From contig NC_043014.1 in NCBI RefSeq assembly GCF_006345805.1, positions 17,918,001 to 17,982,000 of the forward strand: a DNA stretch of 64,000 bases, read 5' to 3'. A program made the translations under genes and the position numbers. The stretch comes from Octopus sinensis (taxonomy: Eukaryota). Below are positions 14,183 through 26,790 of this stretch, piece after piece; the stretch's first letter is position 1; every line of letters begins with the position of its first letter. The notes under the pieces were generated by a model. It was not told the DNA's origin. It worked only from the letters and a program-made list of their open reading frames with translations, and did no database searches.

Positions 14183-14913
14183 ATAAACTCTACCGGCACG
14201 GAAGTGCCGTCAGCCGGGCCTGCCCGAGGTGTTGCCAGGACGACGAAACCGTTCTGCACGCACTCGTTCAGTGCCCGAGTATTGCTGAAATATGGGTTTA
14301 TGTCGAACAGCTACTGTCACGTGTAGGACGGATCCGACTATCGGCCGAATCCATAGTGAAGATTGCCCCGCCGACCTCCTTTAACAAGGAGGGCGAGGCC
14401 GTTTTCTTGTGCCTAGTGGCTGTGGCGAAAGAGGTCGTGTGGTGGACTCGTTTGAAAGGGCTAAAGACAGACACTTTCCTCTTTGGTCAAGGCCTCATCA
14501 ACTTTTTCAAGTTTCACTTGAAAAGGAAGATGAGGTTAGAGAGGAAAGTGCTGTCCGATAGCAAGTTTTATGAAAGGTGGGTGAATTGTGCGAGACTGGC
14601 CTGTATAAATGGACCAGTTCTCAGGTTTCGCCTGTGATTTCAAAAAGGTAATACAAAAGGAGAAGAAAGGGGACTCTCTACACCCCCTTTTTAGACCAGG
14701 CTCCCGTTGGCTTTTGTAGGGTTTTTTTCCACCAGGAACCTTTCGAAACGTCTCCCCCTTTTGGGAGTTTTTCATTGTTTTAATAATCATTGTTTTAAAG
14801 TTTTTTACACGGATTTTTTAACAAACGGACAAAACCCTTTGTAACCTTTCGTCCTGTCTTGTCCCTTTATGTAATCATGCGTGTCAGCCCTTGTGGCCAA
14901 TAAAAAAGAATTG
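14183..14913 (+). mobile_element. Tx1-type LINE 3' fragment with 19-bp target-site duplication
   Basis: ORF HKLYRHGSAVSRACPRCCQDDETVLHALVQC homologous to the 21307 copy; attattgttccgatgacgc at 14164-14182 and 14914-14932. Confidence 0.92.
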
Positions 14914-15654
14914 ATTATTGTTCCGATGACGCCAATGGTATTTGTCATGACGGTGGTAGTTGTGCTGATGTTAGTTGCCGTAATGGCAGTGATAAAGGTT
15001 AAACCAGGTCACACAACGTTGAATCATAAAACTCACAGTATGTACTCCCAGTTGGGTGAACCCGATCTTTCAGAGCTCGCTGCATAGTTTCAAACAGTGT
15101 TTAAATTTGTTTATGTTCTTATTACTGTGATACAATTTCATTTCTAGACTTCCTTTTCCCTATGTTATTACTCTCATTAAAACATGCTCAAAATTATTTT
15201 GACATGTAAATTTTCGTATTTTTCAACATTTTTTTCTTCTTGTTTGTTTCAAGTACTACATATTTTTCTTTCAACGCTCAGCTTCCCCTGGAAAAAAAAT
15301 CTGTCTTTTTACATGCTTTTGAGTAGAAGGAAGGGACAAGTCTGTAACATTACAAGCTTCTCAGTGACAAGTGAGAATGATGCAGCTGATTTGCATGTTA
15401 GACATCCATAGATTAATTTCTGCTTCAAAAATAGAGTAAGCATTGCGGTCCAATATATAAGTTCGCTTATGCTAAACGTACTTAAATACACGATGGAATA
15501 TCTACGATTTAGTACCTTACCCGAATTTTGTTTCCCCATAACTTTATTAGTTCTAATTAAATTTCCAAAAATAATTTTCAGTGATGTAGATTACAACTTT
15601 GTTGATGACATTTTTCGTTTTGAAAGATCTTTTATCGATTATTTTGTGATTGTT

Positions 15655-16028
15655 TCAGGCATTTGCCTGCGGCCATGCTGGGGCACCGTCTTGAAAAATT
15701 TTTAATCGAATGAATCGCCCCCAGTACTTAGTTTTTGTACTTATTCTATTGCTCTCTTTTACCCAACAGCTATGTTACGGGGACGTAAACTCACCAACTC
15801 CGGATGTCACGCCGTGGGAAAGAAACACAGACACAAAGACATACATGCACACGCATACATATTTATACATACATACAGCGGGCTTCTTTAATCTTCTGTC
15901 TACCAAATTCACTCCCAAGTCTTTGGTCGACTCGAAGCTATAGAAGAAGACACTTGCCCAAGGTGCCATGTAGTGGGAATGAACAAGGAACCATGTGGTT
16001 GGGAAGCAAGCTTCTTACCACATAACCA
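15655..16028 (-). mobile_element. tRNA-derived SINE, same family as 1254
   Basis: Colinear with 1254-1677. Confidence 0.88.
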
Positions 16029-16319
16029 CCCCTTTTTTTTATTATTATTCACAAACAAAAGGCCCATACATTTTTAACTATTCAATAATTTTCTTATGAT
16101 CATTTAAGAAGAGGAAAACTATCTTTGATATTATTCTAATTAATATTTATTGGCAACATGAAGGCATAAAAATTCCTAGTTTATGATTAGCCTACTACAA
16201 TAAAAAGTCGAATATATTCATTAATGAAATGATAAACGAGCAAGTCTAATACAATACAGGTCGAAATTACTCTGGGTCATATCCTGCAATATGCCATCTT
16301 CCTCTTGTTTGTTCCTTCT

Positions 16320-16590
16320 TGAGCCACGCCTGACTCATTAGGGCCGGTTTCCCGGTTTCCTTGGCGTATAGGTTCCCTACCAGGACGGGACGCCGGTCCG
16401 TCGCAGGTGAGCTGCAAGATGCAGGAGGAAAGAGTGAGAGAAAGTTGTGGCGAAAGAGTCAGCCATTACCTTCTGCCAAAGCTGCGTGGTGGTTCGGTCA
16501 TAAACGCACACATCACCCGGTCTGAGATTCGAACCCGCGATGCCTCGAGCGCGAGTCCGCTGCTCTAATCACTAGGCCATATGCCTTCAC
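16320..16590 (-). mobile_element. SINE with Meta/V-like core
   Basis: Matches 50340-50605; partial relatives at 3640-3870 (-), 7950-8110 (+), 52166-52272 (+). Confidence 0.8.
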
Positions 16591-17699
16591 CCTCTTCCTC
16601 TTACCTCACATCATTGTTTGTTGTACAATGATTATGTAGTATCACCACCTTGTCCTGAAATACCTTTAGCCAACATCACTGTTGTTAGGGGTCATACCTC
16701 CAATCAAAATCGTTCTCCCTCTACCCATTAGTTTGGGGGTGGGGCATGAGAATGGTTATTAGCATTGATCATCCTAAGAAAATATTGAATAGTTTGAAAC
16801 GAATAAACGAACTTCTTTTATTTATTTTCTCAATAAAAAATATAAAAATATCCCCACCCCACTACTAAATTTCATTTACGTAATCTTAATCTACACGTTT
16901 TAAAACATCATAAAAATGTGTATTACTTAAAAAATCCGGGGAAACAAAGTTGCGACGGAGCAGTTACATTGCTATTCCGGTTAGAACGGTAGCATTGTTG
17001 ACAGCTTCTTATTTTGTTCTAGGATGGCCGTGATCAAGCAGGCCATGAAGGTGGTTGGCAAATTTTCATAAACTAGTCATTAGATTGTTTAATGCAATAG
17101 TTCTTAACCTTTTGAATGGCCCAGCACCTCCTTTCACCGAATGGCATTTTGCAAACTCCGCTTTGGCATCTTTTGGGAAAAACAAACAAACAAAACAGAC
17201 GGTAATTTTGCATAAGGGTTTATTAGCTATATTTCATTTTACTACTTCCATCTAGAATCTGCCTTTTGTTAGCTACTGTCGTGAATTAATGCCCCTCACT
17301 TTAAAGTCTTACAAATATAATGAAATTACATTCGACCTTGGCACATCAACAGTCATGCTTTTATGAACTGATAACACAAACTCATGAAATATTTATTTTG
17401 AAAATGAATTCAAAATATACAGTACATAATGGCATACATCGCGAACAGTTTTTCCAAGAAATCTTTCAAAGAATCACCCCAGGTCTTATATGTGAAGTTA
17501 GCAGTTCAAATCCTATTGAGGTTCACTCAGTTTTTACTTTACTGGTCAATTTTGCGATCATTCTTTCCAAGTCGATAAAATTTGAACCAGCCAAATGCTT
17601 GCGTTGAGTGACTCGAGTTCATCTGTCACCCAAATTTGTGGCCTTGTGACAACGATACAAAAAAATTATCATTATTTGCCGCCGAGGTCGACTTTGCCT

Positions 17700-18300
17700 C
17701 GTTATCTTGAACAGCTATTATCACGAGTAGGACGGATTCGGTTATCGGTCGAGTCCATAGTGAAGATCGATCCGTCGCTTTTCATCGGCCTGGAAGGGCA
17801 GGCAGTTTTCCTCTGTCTGAGAGCAGTAGCAAAAGAAGTTGTATGGTGGACCAGGTTAAAAGGACTGAAGACACACACTTTTCTATTCGGCCAATCACTC
17901 ATCAACTTTTTAAAATTTCATTTGGAAAGGAAGATGTGGGTGGAGAGAGAAGTGCTGCCTCAGAGTACATTTACTAACAGGTGGGTGAATGTAGCGAAAA
18001 TGGCCCGTGTAAGTGGACCAACTCTAATAATGCGCCTGTAGGCTAGTGAATTTGAGAGGGAGAAGGGTGCTCATCTCAGATGCCCCCGAAGCCAACTCCA
18101 GGCGGTTGTCCCGCCCCCATTAGGTAACTTTCATTATTATTTTCCTTTTGTTGGATATCATTGTTATTGTTTTAATTATGTACTCGTTGTTTCTGTGTAA
18201 AATCCACACTGTCCATATCTACTGTATCTTACTCTATATGTCGGCCCTAGTTGCTAATAAATGAAATAATAATGATAATAATAATAATAATAATAATAAT
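17700..18300 (+). mobile_element. Tx1-type LINE 3' fragment with (AAT)n tail
   Basis: YLEQLLSRVGRIRLSVESIVKI...KEVVWWTRLKGL homologous to the other copies; ccgccgaggtcgactttgcct at 17679-17699 and 18308-18328 (possible TSD). Confidence 0.9.
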
Positions 18301-18800
18301 TCAAATTCCGCCGAGGTCGACTTTGCCTTCCATCCTTTCGGGGTCGATAAAGTAAGTACCAGTTACGCACTGGGGTCGATGTAATCGACTTAATCCGTTT
18401 GTCTGTCCTTGTTTTTCCACTCAGGTTTAGCCCCTTGTGGGTAGTAAAAAAATAGGTATTTCGTCTGCCGTTACGTTCTGAGTTCAAATTCCGCCGAGGT
18501 CGACTTTGCCTTTCATCCTTTCGGAGCCGATAAATTAAGTACCAGTTACGCACTGGGGTCGATATAATCGACTTAATCCGTTTGTCTGTCCTTATTTGTC
18601 CTCTCTGTGTTAAGCCCCTTATGGGTAGTAAAGAAATAGGCATTTCGCCTGTCGTCACGTTCTGAGTTAAAATTCCGCTGAGGTCAACTTTGCCTTTCAT
18701 CCTTCCGGAGGCGATAAATTAAGTTCGAGTGAAACAGTGGGGTCGATGTAATCAACAAGTTCCCTTTCCTCAAATTTCAGGCCCTGTGGTAGGAAGGATT
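18300..18800 (+). repeat. Tandem trimer (~184-bp period) of a headless SINE unit with Nin/Inv-like domain
   Basis: ccgc(c/t)gagg at 18308, 18491, 18675; core gtcgactttgcctttcatcctttcggggtcgataaa. Confidence 0.9.
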
Positions 18801-18810
18801 ATTATTATTA

Positions 18811-18844
<34 letters not shown>

Positions 18845-19686
18845 CATTATTATTATTATTACTAGGTGCTTTTTTTAAAAACAATTGAAGATGAAGTATA
18901 ATAAACACAAAGAGTGTGCAACTTTTCAGAGCTGATGTAATTAATAGGCCTACAATACTTTTGGAATATTTTAGACTAAAATATTCTCTAATGTTACATA
19001 TACTATGTCTTCCAGCAAATGTTAAACAGTCATCTCACACCCGCACTCGTATCAAATGTTTACGTTGCTGTAGTGTGACGCATAAAATATTTGGTAATTT
19101 TCCAGGGACATTTGCGGACTTTGCGCTGATTCCCAGTTTCTCAGTGTAAGATGAAATGTATATCACTTTTTAAAAAATCTTAATACCACATCACTCTGTC
19201 GCTGGTTAACATTCGTGGGTGATCCAGTGCGAACCCTAACCGACACCCTATAAAAATGATATAATGTTTATGAAAATGTACTGTTTTAGAATCACAACAT
19301 CACCATAAAACATTTGGACTCGGCCTATCAATAGTCAGAGTAGTAACCTATCCACTTAGCTGTCACGTTCAAACTAATAACAAACTGAACTTGACACAAA
19401 ATAAAATAATTTCTGCTAAGAAACAACCAAACACATATATCATTTTCAAATTCATGCATCAGATTGAAGCCAAAGTTACATAATTTCATAACTGAAGTCA
19501 CTAAGTGATTTCATACCTACATAGCAATTCTTTGTTAGAGGTTTGTTGTAAAGCAATGGATCTCAGTCTTTTGGAACCCAACCACCTACTTTTCGTAGAA
19601 TGAGTTTTGAAAGACAGCCCGCCTCGCCGTCTTACAGTAAAGGGGAGTAATTTTAATCATACAGACTGATTTTTCGTAGTGGTTTA

Positions 19687-19893
19687 CAGTAATCCTTCGA
19701 CTACCGTGCGTTTTATGTTCCAAAACCTCCCACAGAAATAATTGAAATCTCAAAAAATTATAAATACCTATCAGCTGCAAAAACCTGCGATATCATAAGG
19801 ACTCCGCGATATAAATTTACATATATTAGCCAGAAAAATCCGCGATGTACTGAGTGCACGATAAGTGAACCGCGATATGGCGAGCTATTAATG
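19687..19893. mobile_element. Tigger/pogo-like MITE
   Basis: TA-cagtaatccttcgac start; aaccgcgatatggcgag end; internal ccgcgat repeats. Confidence 0.65.
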
Positions 19894-20277
19894 CATTATC
19901 TATACTAGAAAAAACCCCGCCCCCTAGGTAGTTTTTACCTAGTCGCTGAATAATATTTACATATTTGAGTCCCAGTTTGCATAATTTTTCTATGTCCCGT
20001 CTAATTTTCTTTTGCGTACTTTACTCGTCGGATAGTTCTCGCTCAATAAATATATTCAGATTAATAGCAAGTATTCAAAGACAGTGTTAGACTTTATGAA
20101 GAAATCGAGTATTATATTGACTTAACTTAGCTACGTAAAAGTGTTTAGGCTATAGTATATGTATACAGTAAGAACATTTCATAACATACATAACACTTAA
20201 CTTGAATGCACAATTAGAAAATAATCGAAAGAAAATCATATAGGGAAAATATCCGTAGGTTCGTACACATACGGCTG

Positions 20278-20307
20278 TATTAGTAGTTGCACGCCATTAC
20301 CTTAAAG

Positions 20308-20358
<51 letters not shown>

Positions 20359-20390
20359 GCACTAAGGTAATGCCGTGTAACTACTAAATA
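20278..20390. repeat. Imperfect palindrome centred on (TA)n
   Basis: tagtagttgcacgccattacctta / taaggtaatgccgtgtaactacta. Confidence 0.85.
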
Positions 20391-20488
20391 ATACTAAGTA
20401 AGACTAAGAACAGGCTATTGCAAGCAAAAATAAATATTGAAATAAACGCTTTTGACCAAATTTTTACATAAGTTTAACATAATTGCGA

Positions 20489-20554
<66 letters not shown>

Positions 20555-21220
20555 ATGTGTGTGTGTGTGTGTGTGTGTGTACCAAATTTCAGATTTCACG
20601 TTACTGTCCCAAATGGAAGAGGGCGAGCGAAAGTGAGAAAGAAGGGAGGAAGAGAGAGAGAGAGAGAGTGTGAGAGAGGGAGGGAGGTCAAAGAAGGAAC
20701 ACTGTCTACCAGGAAATAAATTAGTTTTGTAGTTGAAATCTTCAATAATATATAAAACAATTATGAAAACCATATTATGATAAAGAAAAAGAAATTAAAA
20801 TTACAAGTTATCAAAATTTTCTAGATAGGATAGACTTTAATAATTGCTTTTTTTAAAAAAGTAAGTTACATTGACCAAACTTATTAATAATCAGCTTTCT
20901 TTATTATTATCCATAGTACACACACCAACAGTAATTCATATCTGATGATGATGCAGTGAAAATCTAGGAACGTAATGAATTGAGAGATTTATTACATAAA
21001 ATCCTAATAAAGAGTTAAAAATGAAACATCGTTACGTTTAAAAGAAGAAAGATGCCCTTCGTACATACGACTAATATATATTTAGGCTCCAGCATAGCTG
21101 TGTGGTATACCGGGTTAAGTCCCACTGTGTGGCATATTGGGTGTCTTCTACTATAGCCCCGGGCCGACTAAAGCCTTGTGATGGAATTCGGCAGGCAGAA
21201 ACTGAAAGGAGCCCGTCGCA

Positions 21221-21306
<86 letters not shown>

Positions 21307-23325
21307 AAAATCCTGGCATGGGTGGGGCGCTGATCAATTTGGATCAATCAAAAGCCTTCGATAGGGTAGACCATCACTACTTGGAGGCTGTCCTCAAAGC
21401 GGCTGGTTTCGGTCCAGTTTTCCGCGGTTGGATCGCTGCCTTATACAGCGGCATCCGCTCAGTAGTTCGCGTAAATGGTCATCTATCCAGACCTTTTAAC
21501 ATCATGCGTTCGGTTCGTCAGGGATGCCCCCTCTCATCGCTGCTGTATGTACTGACTCTTGAGCCACTACTGCGGAAACTGGCGACGCTGAGGGGCATCG
21601 CACGAGAGCTGGGATGCGGGAGGAGCGTGTCTGCATACGCGGATGACGTCACCGTCATAGTGTCGAGCTACGAGCACATCGAGCTGGTCGGCGAGACACT
21701 GAAAGAATACGAAGCGGTAACGGGAGCAAAAATTAACCGGGAAAAGTCAGTGGGCTTGCGGCTCGGCACCTGGAGAAGCAAGCCCATGCCGTCCAACAGC
21801 GTCTCCATCGTGGGACGCTGGACGGACGGACCGGTTAAATTGCTCGGGGTCTGGTTCGGTCCGGACCTCCAAATGGAGAAGAACTGGGGCGAGATAACGA
21901 CTAGGGTGGCTACTCTCACCCAGAAATGGACTGAGAGAAAGCTATCCCTAAAAGGTCGGGCGGAGGTGGCGAACACGTACATCGCATCCGTCATCGAGTA
22001 TCGTCTGACCGTCGTGCCTTGTCCCGACCCTACCATCACCAAACTGGAACGCATACTCTTCCGCTTCTTGTGGAAGGGAAACGTTCCGATGGTTAGGCGA
22101 TCCATTTGCTGCCAACACCCGCTAAATGGAGGGCTGGGCATGCCGTGGTTGATGATGCGCAGACATGCGCTGAGACTGCGACATCTCCGGCGCTTCATAG
22201 ACAACGGGGAACAGGGGTGGTCGCCTTTTGTGCGGCGCGCTTTCCCGCAGCTCGTCTCCTTGGACGAACTACAGTCATGGATCAAGCAGAGACCGAGGCT
22301 AGGCGAATGGCACCGCGAGTGTTGCGTTGCTCTCAAGCAACTCTGCCGTCCGGGATCGAACTTGTGCGACTCCATCACAACAAAGGCATTCTATAGAGGA
22401 TTAGTGGAGGGGAGGTGCGACGACGAACTCGGGCAGAGTCTGGGCGTCGACGAGGAACACCTGACCCGCCTGTTCAGGACAACTTTCGGGCCGGGACCTA
22501 TGAACAATCACCAAAGATACCTGGCCTGGCAGTGCTATCGAGAAGCATTACCTGTTCGGGATAAGCTCTACAGACACGGTTCCAGACACACTGGACCGAC
22601 TTGCCCGAGATGCGGTCAGAGCGACGAAACCGTTCTGCACGCACTCGTGCAATGTCGAACCATTTCCGACCTGTGGGCTTATGCCGAACGGCTGCTGTCA
22701 CGTGTGGGACGAATCCGCCTATCGGCCGAGTCTATCGTGGGAATTGCTCCGCCCCCTTCCCTCAACCGGGAAGGCAAGGCAGTTTTCATCGTACTGGTGG
22801 CCATGGTGAAAGAATGTGTGTGGTGGACTCGAGCGAAAGGATTAGAGACAAACACTTACCTCTCTGGCCAATCGCTCATCAACTTTTTCAAGTACCACTT
22901 GAAAAGGAAGGTGAGAATGGAGATGGAAGTTTTGTCTCGCGAAAGATTCAAAAAAAGATGGGTGAATGTTGCAAAGATGGTGCGTGCTAGTAACGAAACC
23001 ATTTTGAGCATGATCCTGTAGATCGTAAAAAAGAAAGAAAGAGAGCATCTTTGATCTCATGTGGTTATTTCCTCCCTGACTGGGGTTCCCGTGGTCTTTT
23101 CTGTAGGCTTTTCTTCCCACGGATGAACCCAATCTTGTTATATCAATGTTTACATCATTATTTCTGTGATACACGATTTCCTTTTTTTCCCCTTTTTTTC
23201 CTCCTCTCGATCCCTTTTGATCGCAATCTTACATTTTTTTTTTTTTTTTCCACCCTCGAAAAGAAAAGCTCTGCATTTGTATTTGTCCCCTCTGTATTCA
23301 GCCATGTGTGGCTAATAAAAGAAAG
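21307..23325 (+). mobile_element. 5'-truncated L1/Tx1-clade LINE: uninterrupted C-terminal half of ORF2 (to stop at 23021) plus 3' UTR
   Basis: RT motifs LDQSKAFDRVDH, QGCPLSSLLY, AYADDV; zinc knuckle CPRCGQSDETVLHALVQC; 3' UTR ending aataaaag; (CTAT)n on both sides. Confidence 0.95.
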
Positions 23326-23378
<53 letters not shown>

Positions 23379-23387
23379 CATATATAT

Positions 23388-23424
<37 letters not shown>

Positions 23425-23647
23425 TATATATATATTATATATATATATATAATATATATATTTTTATATATAATATATATATATATATGATAGATCGCTA
23501 GCCACTACACGTTATTTTTTCTCTCCTTGTTTCTTTCTGTGTTCCTTTCTATGGAAGAGCGTAGGCTCAAAACGTTAAAGACTTTTTCACTTCCCGAGCG
23601 TTGTTGTCTACACCACCTGTCTTCGTCTTTTTTTCTGTGAATTCTCC

Positions 23648-23704
<57 letters not shown>

Positions 23705-24158
23705 TAATGGATGACTGAGTTTCTGTCTCTCTCCCTCTCTCTCTCACTTTCCCTTTGTATCTCTTTTTCTATCCTTTTATTTCAACGCAATATTATTATT
23801 TATCTCCCTTGGTCTATAGGGGTTAATCTCTGGCACTAAAAGTTTCAAGAAATAACTTGAGAGCACATGCTGAACTTCATCTGTACATTTTTTTCTTCTT
23901 TTGGATGCCCCACCGTCAACTTTCTCATATGTCCACCCATTTTCAAATCAAAGTATGCACTTTACAGGAAAGTCTCAAAGTATATGTCACCCGTGAAGAA
24001 AGAAACAAAGAAAGAGGATAAAGAGAGAGAGAGAGCTCATGCAGTAAGATTGTGATGTCACTGACATGACTTTGATTGAAGTACCTAGTCTCTGAGGGAA
24101 ACACCCAACTATACATAACAACAACAACCTCAACAATAACAAACAAAACAACAACAAC

Positions 24159-24197
<39 letters not shown>

Positions 24198-24376
24198 CCT
24201 TCCTACTATAGACGCGAGGCCTGAAAATTTTAGGGAAGGCATAGTCGATTAAATCGACCCCAGTACTCTACTTATACTTATTTCATCAACCCCGAAAGGA
24301 TGAAAGGCAAAATCGACCTTGGAATAATAATAATAATAATAATAATAATAAGAAGAAGAAGAAGAAGAAGAAGAAG

Positions 24377-25126
24377 AAAAAAATCCGAGCAATGGTTGAG
24401 AAGCTCAGGACTCAAAGCAGAGACAGAGGGATTTTTAATTGCAGCACAAGACCAAAGCCTCCCCACCAGAAATTACCAAAAACGTGTAATGAAAAGAAAT
24501 ATAACAAGTAACTGCAGAATATGTGGAGATGGACAAGAAACAATAAACCATATTATCTCCGGCTGCCCAGTCCTGGCTAAGAAGGAATATATTCACAGAC
24601 ACGACAGAGTTGGGACCTACATACACTGGAAGCTATGCCAACATTATGGAATAACAACAGAAAAAAGATGGTATAGGCACACACCAATACACACAGATAG
24701 AGAAATTAAGGCCAACAGACCAGATATAGTTGTCAGAGATCATGAAGAAAAAAAATGCTTTCTAATTGATGTATAAATACCAGCAGATGACAACGTGGCT
24801 CTAAAAGAAATGGAGAAACTTTCAAAATTCAAAGACCTGGAAATAGAGGTAACCAGAATGTGGAATCTAAAAACAGAAACAATTCCTATCATAGTAGGTG
24901 CATTAGGCATGATAAAAAAATATTTAGACAAATACATAACAAAAACACCAGGACTTACAAACACATATAACACAGAAAATTGCACTACTAGGCACTGCAC
25001 ACATCCTACGCAGAACACTTTCAATACAGTAACCATCAGAGCATCACAACAAATCACAGCACATACCCAAGGCACACAGAGCTGTGCTCGGCAGTGAAGT
25101 GAAAGCACGCTATAAAAATAAAACTA

Positions 25127-25129
<3 letters not shown>
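24377..25129 (+). mobile_element. R4/Dong-like (restriction-like endonuclease) non-LTR retrotransposon 3' fragment in an (AAT)n tract
   Basis: ETEGFLIAAQDQSL, CCHC CRICGDGQETINHIISGC, RHDRV, PDIVV..FLIDV..KE.EKL.K RLE motifs; (AAT)n both sides. Confidence 0.9.
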
Positions 25130-25172
<43 letters not shown>

Positions 25173-25198
25173 GTAATAATAAAAAAAAAATAATAATA

Positions 25199-25245
<47 letters not shown>

Positions 25246-25464
25246 AATAATCCTTTGTACTATAGGCACAAGGAGCCTGAAATTTTTGGAAAGGGGACTA
25301 GTCAATTACATCGACCCCAGTGTTTCACTGGTACTTAACTCATCGACCTCCAAAGGATGAAAGGCAAAGTCGTCTCTGCGGAATTTGAATTCAAAACGCA
25401 GCTGCAAACGAAATATTGCTAAGCATTTCGCCCGGCTTGCTAACGATTCTGTCAGCTCGTTGCC

Positions 25465-25514
<50 letters not shown>

Positions 25515-25517
<3 letters not shown>

Positions 25518-26790
25518 TAATTCTTTTATTGGCCACAAGGGCTGACAAAAATTAATTATAACATAAAGGGACAAAACAGGACGAAAGGTTACAAATGGTT
25601 TCGTCCGTTTGTAAAAAACCCGTGTAAAAACAGTGTAACAACGAAAAATTATAACAACGAAAAACTCCCAATAGAGGGAGGCGTTACGAAAGGTTATTGG
25701 TGGAAAAACCCATAAAAGCCAATGGGGAGCCTGGTCAAAAAGGGGGGTATAGAGCCCCTTACTCCTTTTGTAATACCTTTTTAAATTACAGGTGTATTCT
25801 CAGAATGGCTTCTTTCACACTGGCCATTCTTGCGACATTTATCCACCTTTCAGTAAACTTGCTATCGGACAGCACTTCCCTCTCTACTCTCACCTTCCTT
25901 TTCAAGTGAAACTTGAAAAAGTTGATGAGGCCTAGGCCAAAGAGGAAAGTGTCTGACCTTAGCCCTTTCAAACGGGTCCACCATACCACCTCTTTCGCTA
26001 CAGCCACTAGGCAAAGGAAAACTGCCTTGCCCTCCCGGTTAAAGGAGGTCGGCAGGGCAATCTTCACTATGGATTCAGCTGATAGCCGGATCTGTCCTAT
26101 ACGCGACAGTAGCTGTTCGACATAAACCCATAGTTCAGCAATACTCGGACACTGGACGAGATCGTGCAGAACGGTTTCGTCGTCCTGGCAGCACCTCGGG
26201 CAGGCCCGGCTAACGGCACTTCCGTGCCGGTAGAGTTTATCTCGAACAGGCAGAGCCCCTCGGTAACACTGCCAGGCGAGGGACCTCTGGAAATTATCAA
26301 TTGGCCCCGGCCCGAAAGTCCTTCCGAACAGACTGCTCAGCTCGTTATCGTCAACGCCTAGAACGTCGTCGCACTTTTCTTCCACTAACCCTCTATAGAA
26401 CGCTAGAGTGGAATTACTACCGATCGCATTTCCCGCTTGGCGGAGGGCGGAGAGAGCTTGACGGCACTCGAGGTGCTAAGCGCCCTTTCTCGGTCTGCGT
26501 TTGATCCAGGTCTGCAGCTCTGTCAAAGAGACGAGCTGCGGAAATCGCGTCTGACAAAAGACGACCACACCTGTTCACCGTCTAGGAAACGCTTGTGATG
26601 CCGTAGCCTGAGCCCATGTCTGCGCATCAGTAACCACGGCATGCTAAGGCCTCCGTTCAGCGGTCGTTGACAGCAGATGGATCGCCTGACCAATGGTACC
26701 TGACCCTTCCACAAAAAGTCGAAGAGCAAGCGTACCAGCTTGGCGAACCAGCGTTCGGGATAAGGGACGACGGTCAAGCGGTAATAGTAA
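25515..26790 (-). mobile_element. Tx1-type LINE 3' fragment (frameshifted), same subfamily as the 14183 copy
   Basis: ORFs 26523-26840 (YRLTVVP..FLWKGQVPLVRRSIC) and 25786-26385 (CPRCCQDDETVLH); 3' UTR shared with the 14183 copy; (ATT)n tail. Confidence 0.93.

Noticed and set aside
21102-21306. N-terminus of the 639-aa ORF
   Set aside because: It is SINE plus (TATC)n read in frame from a GTG; LINE homology starts near 21307
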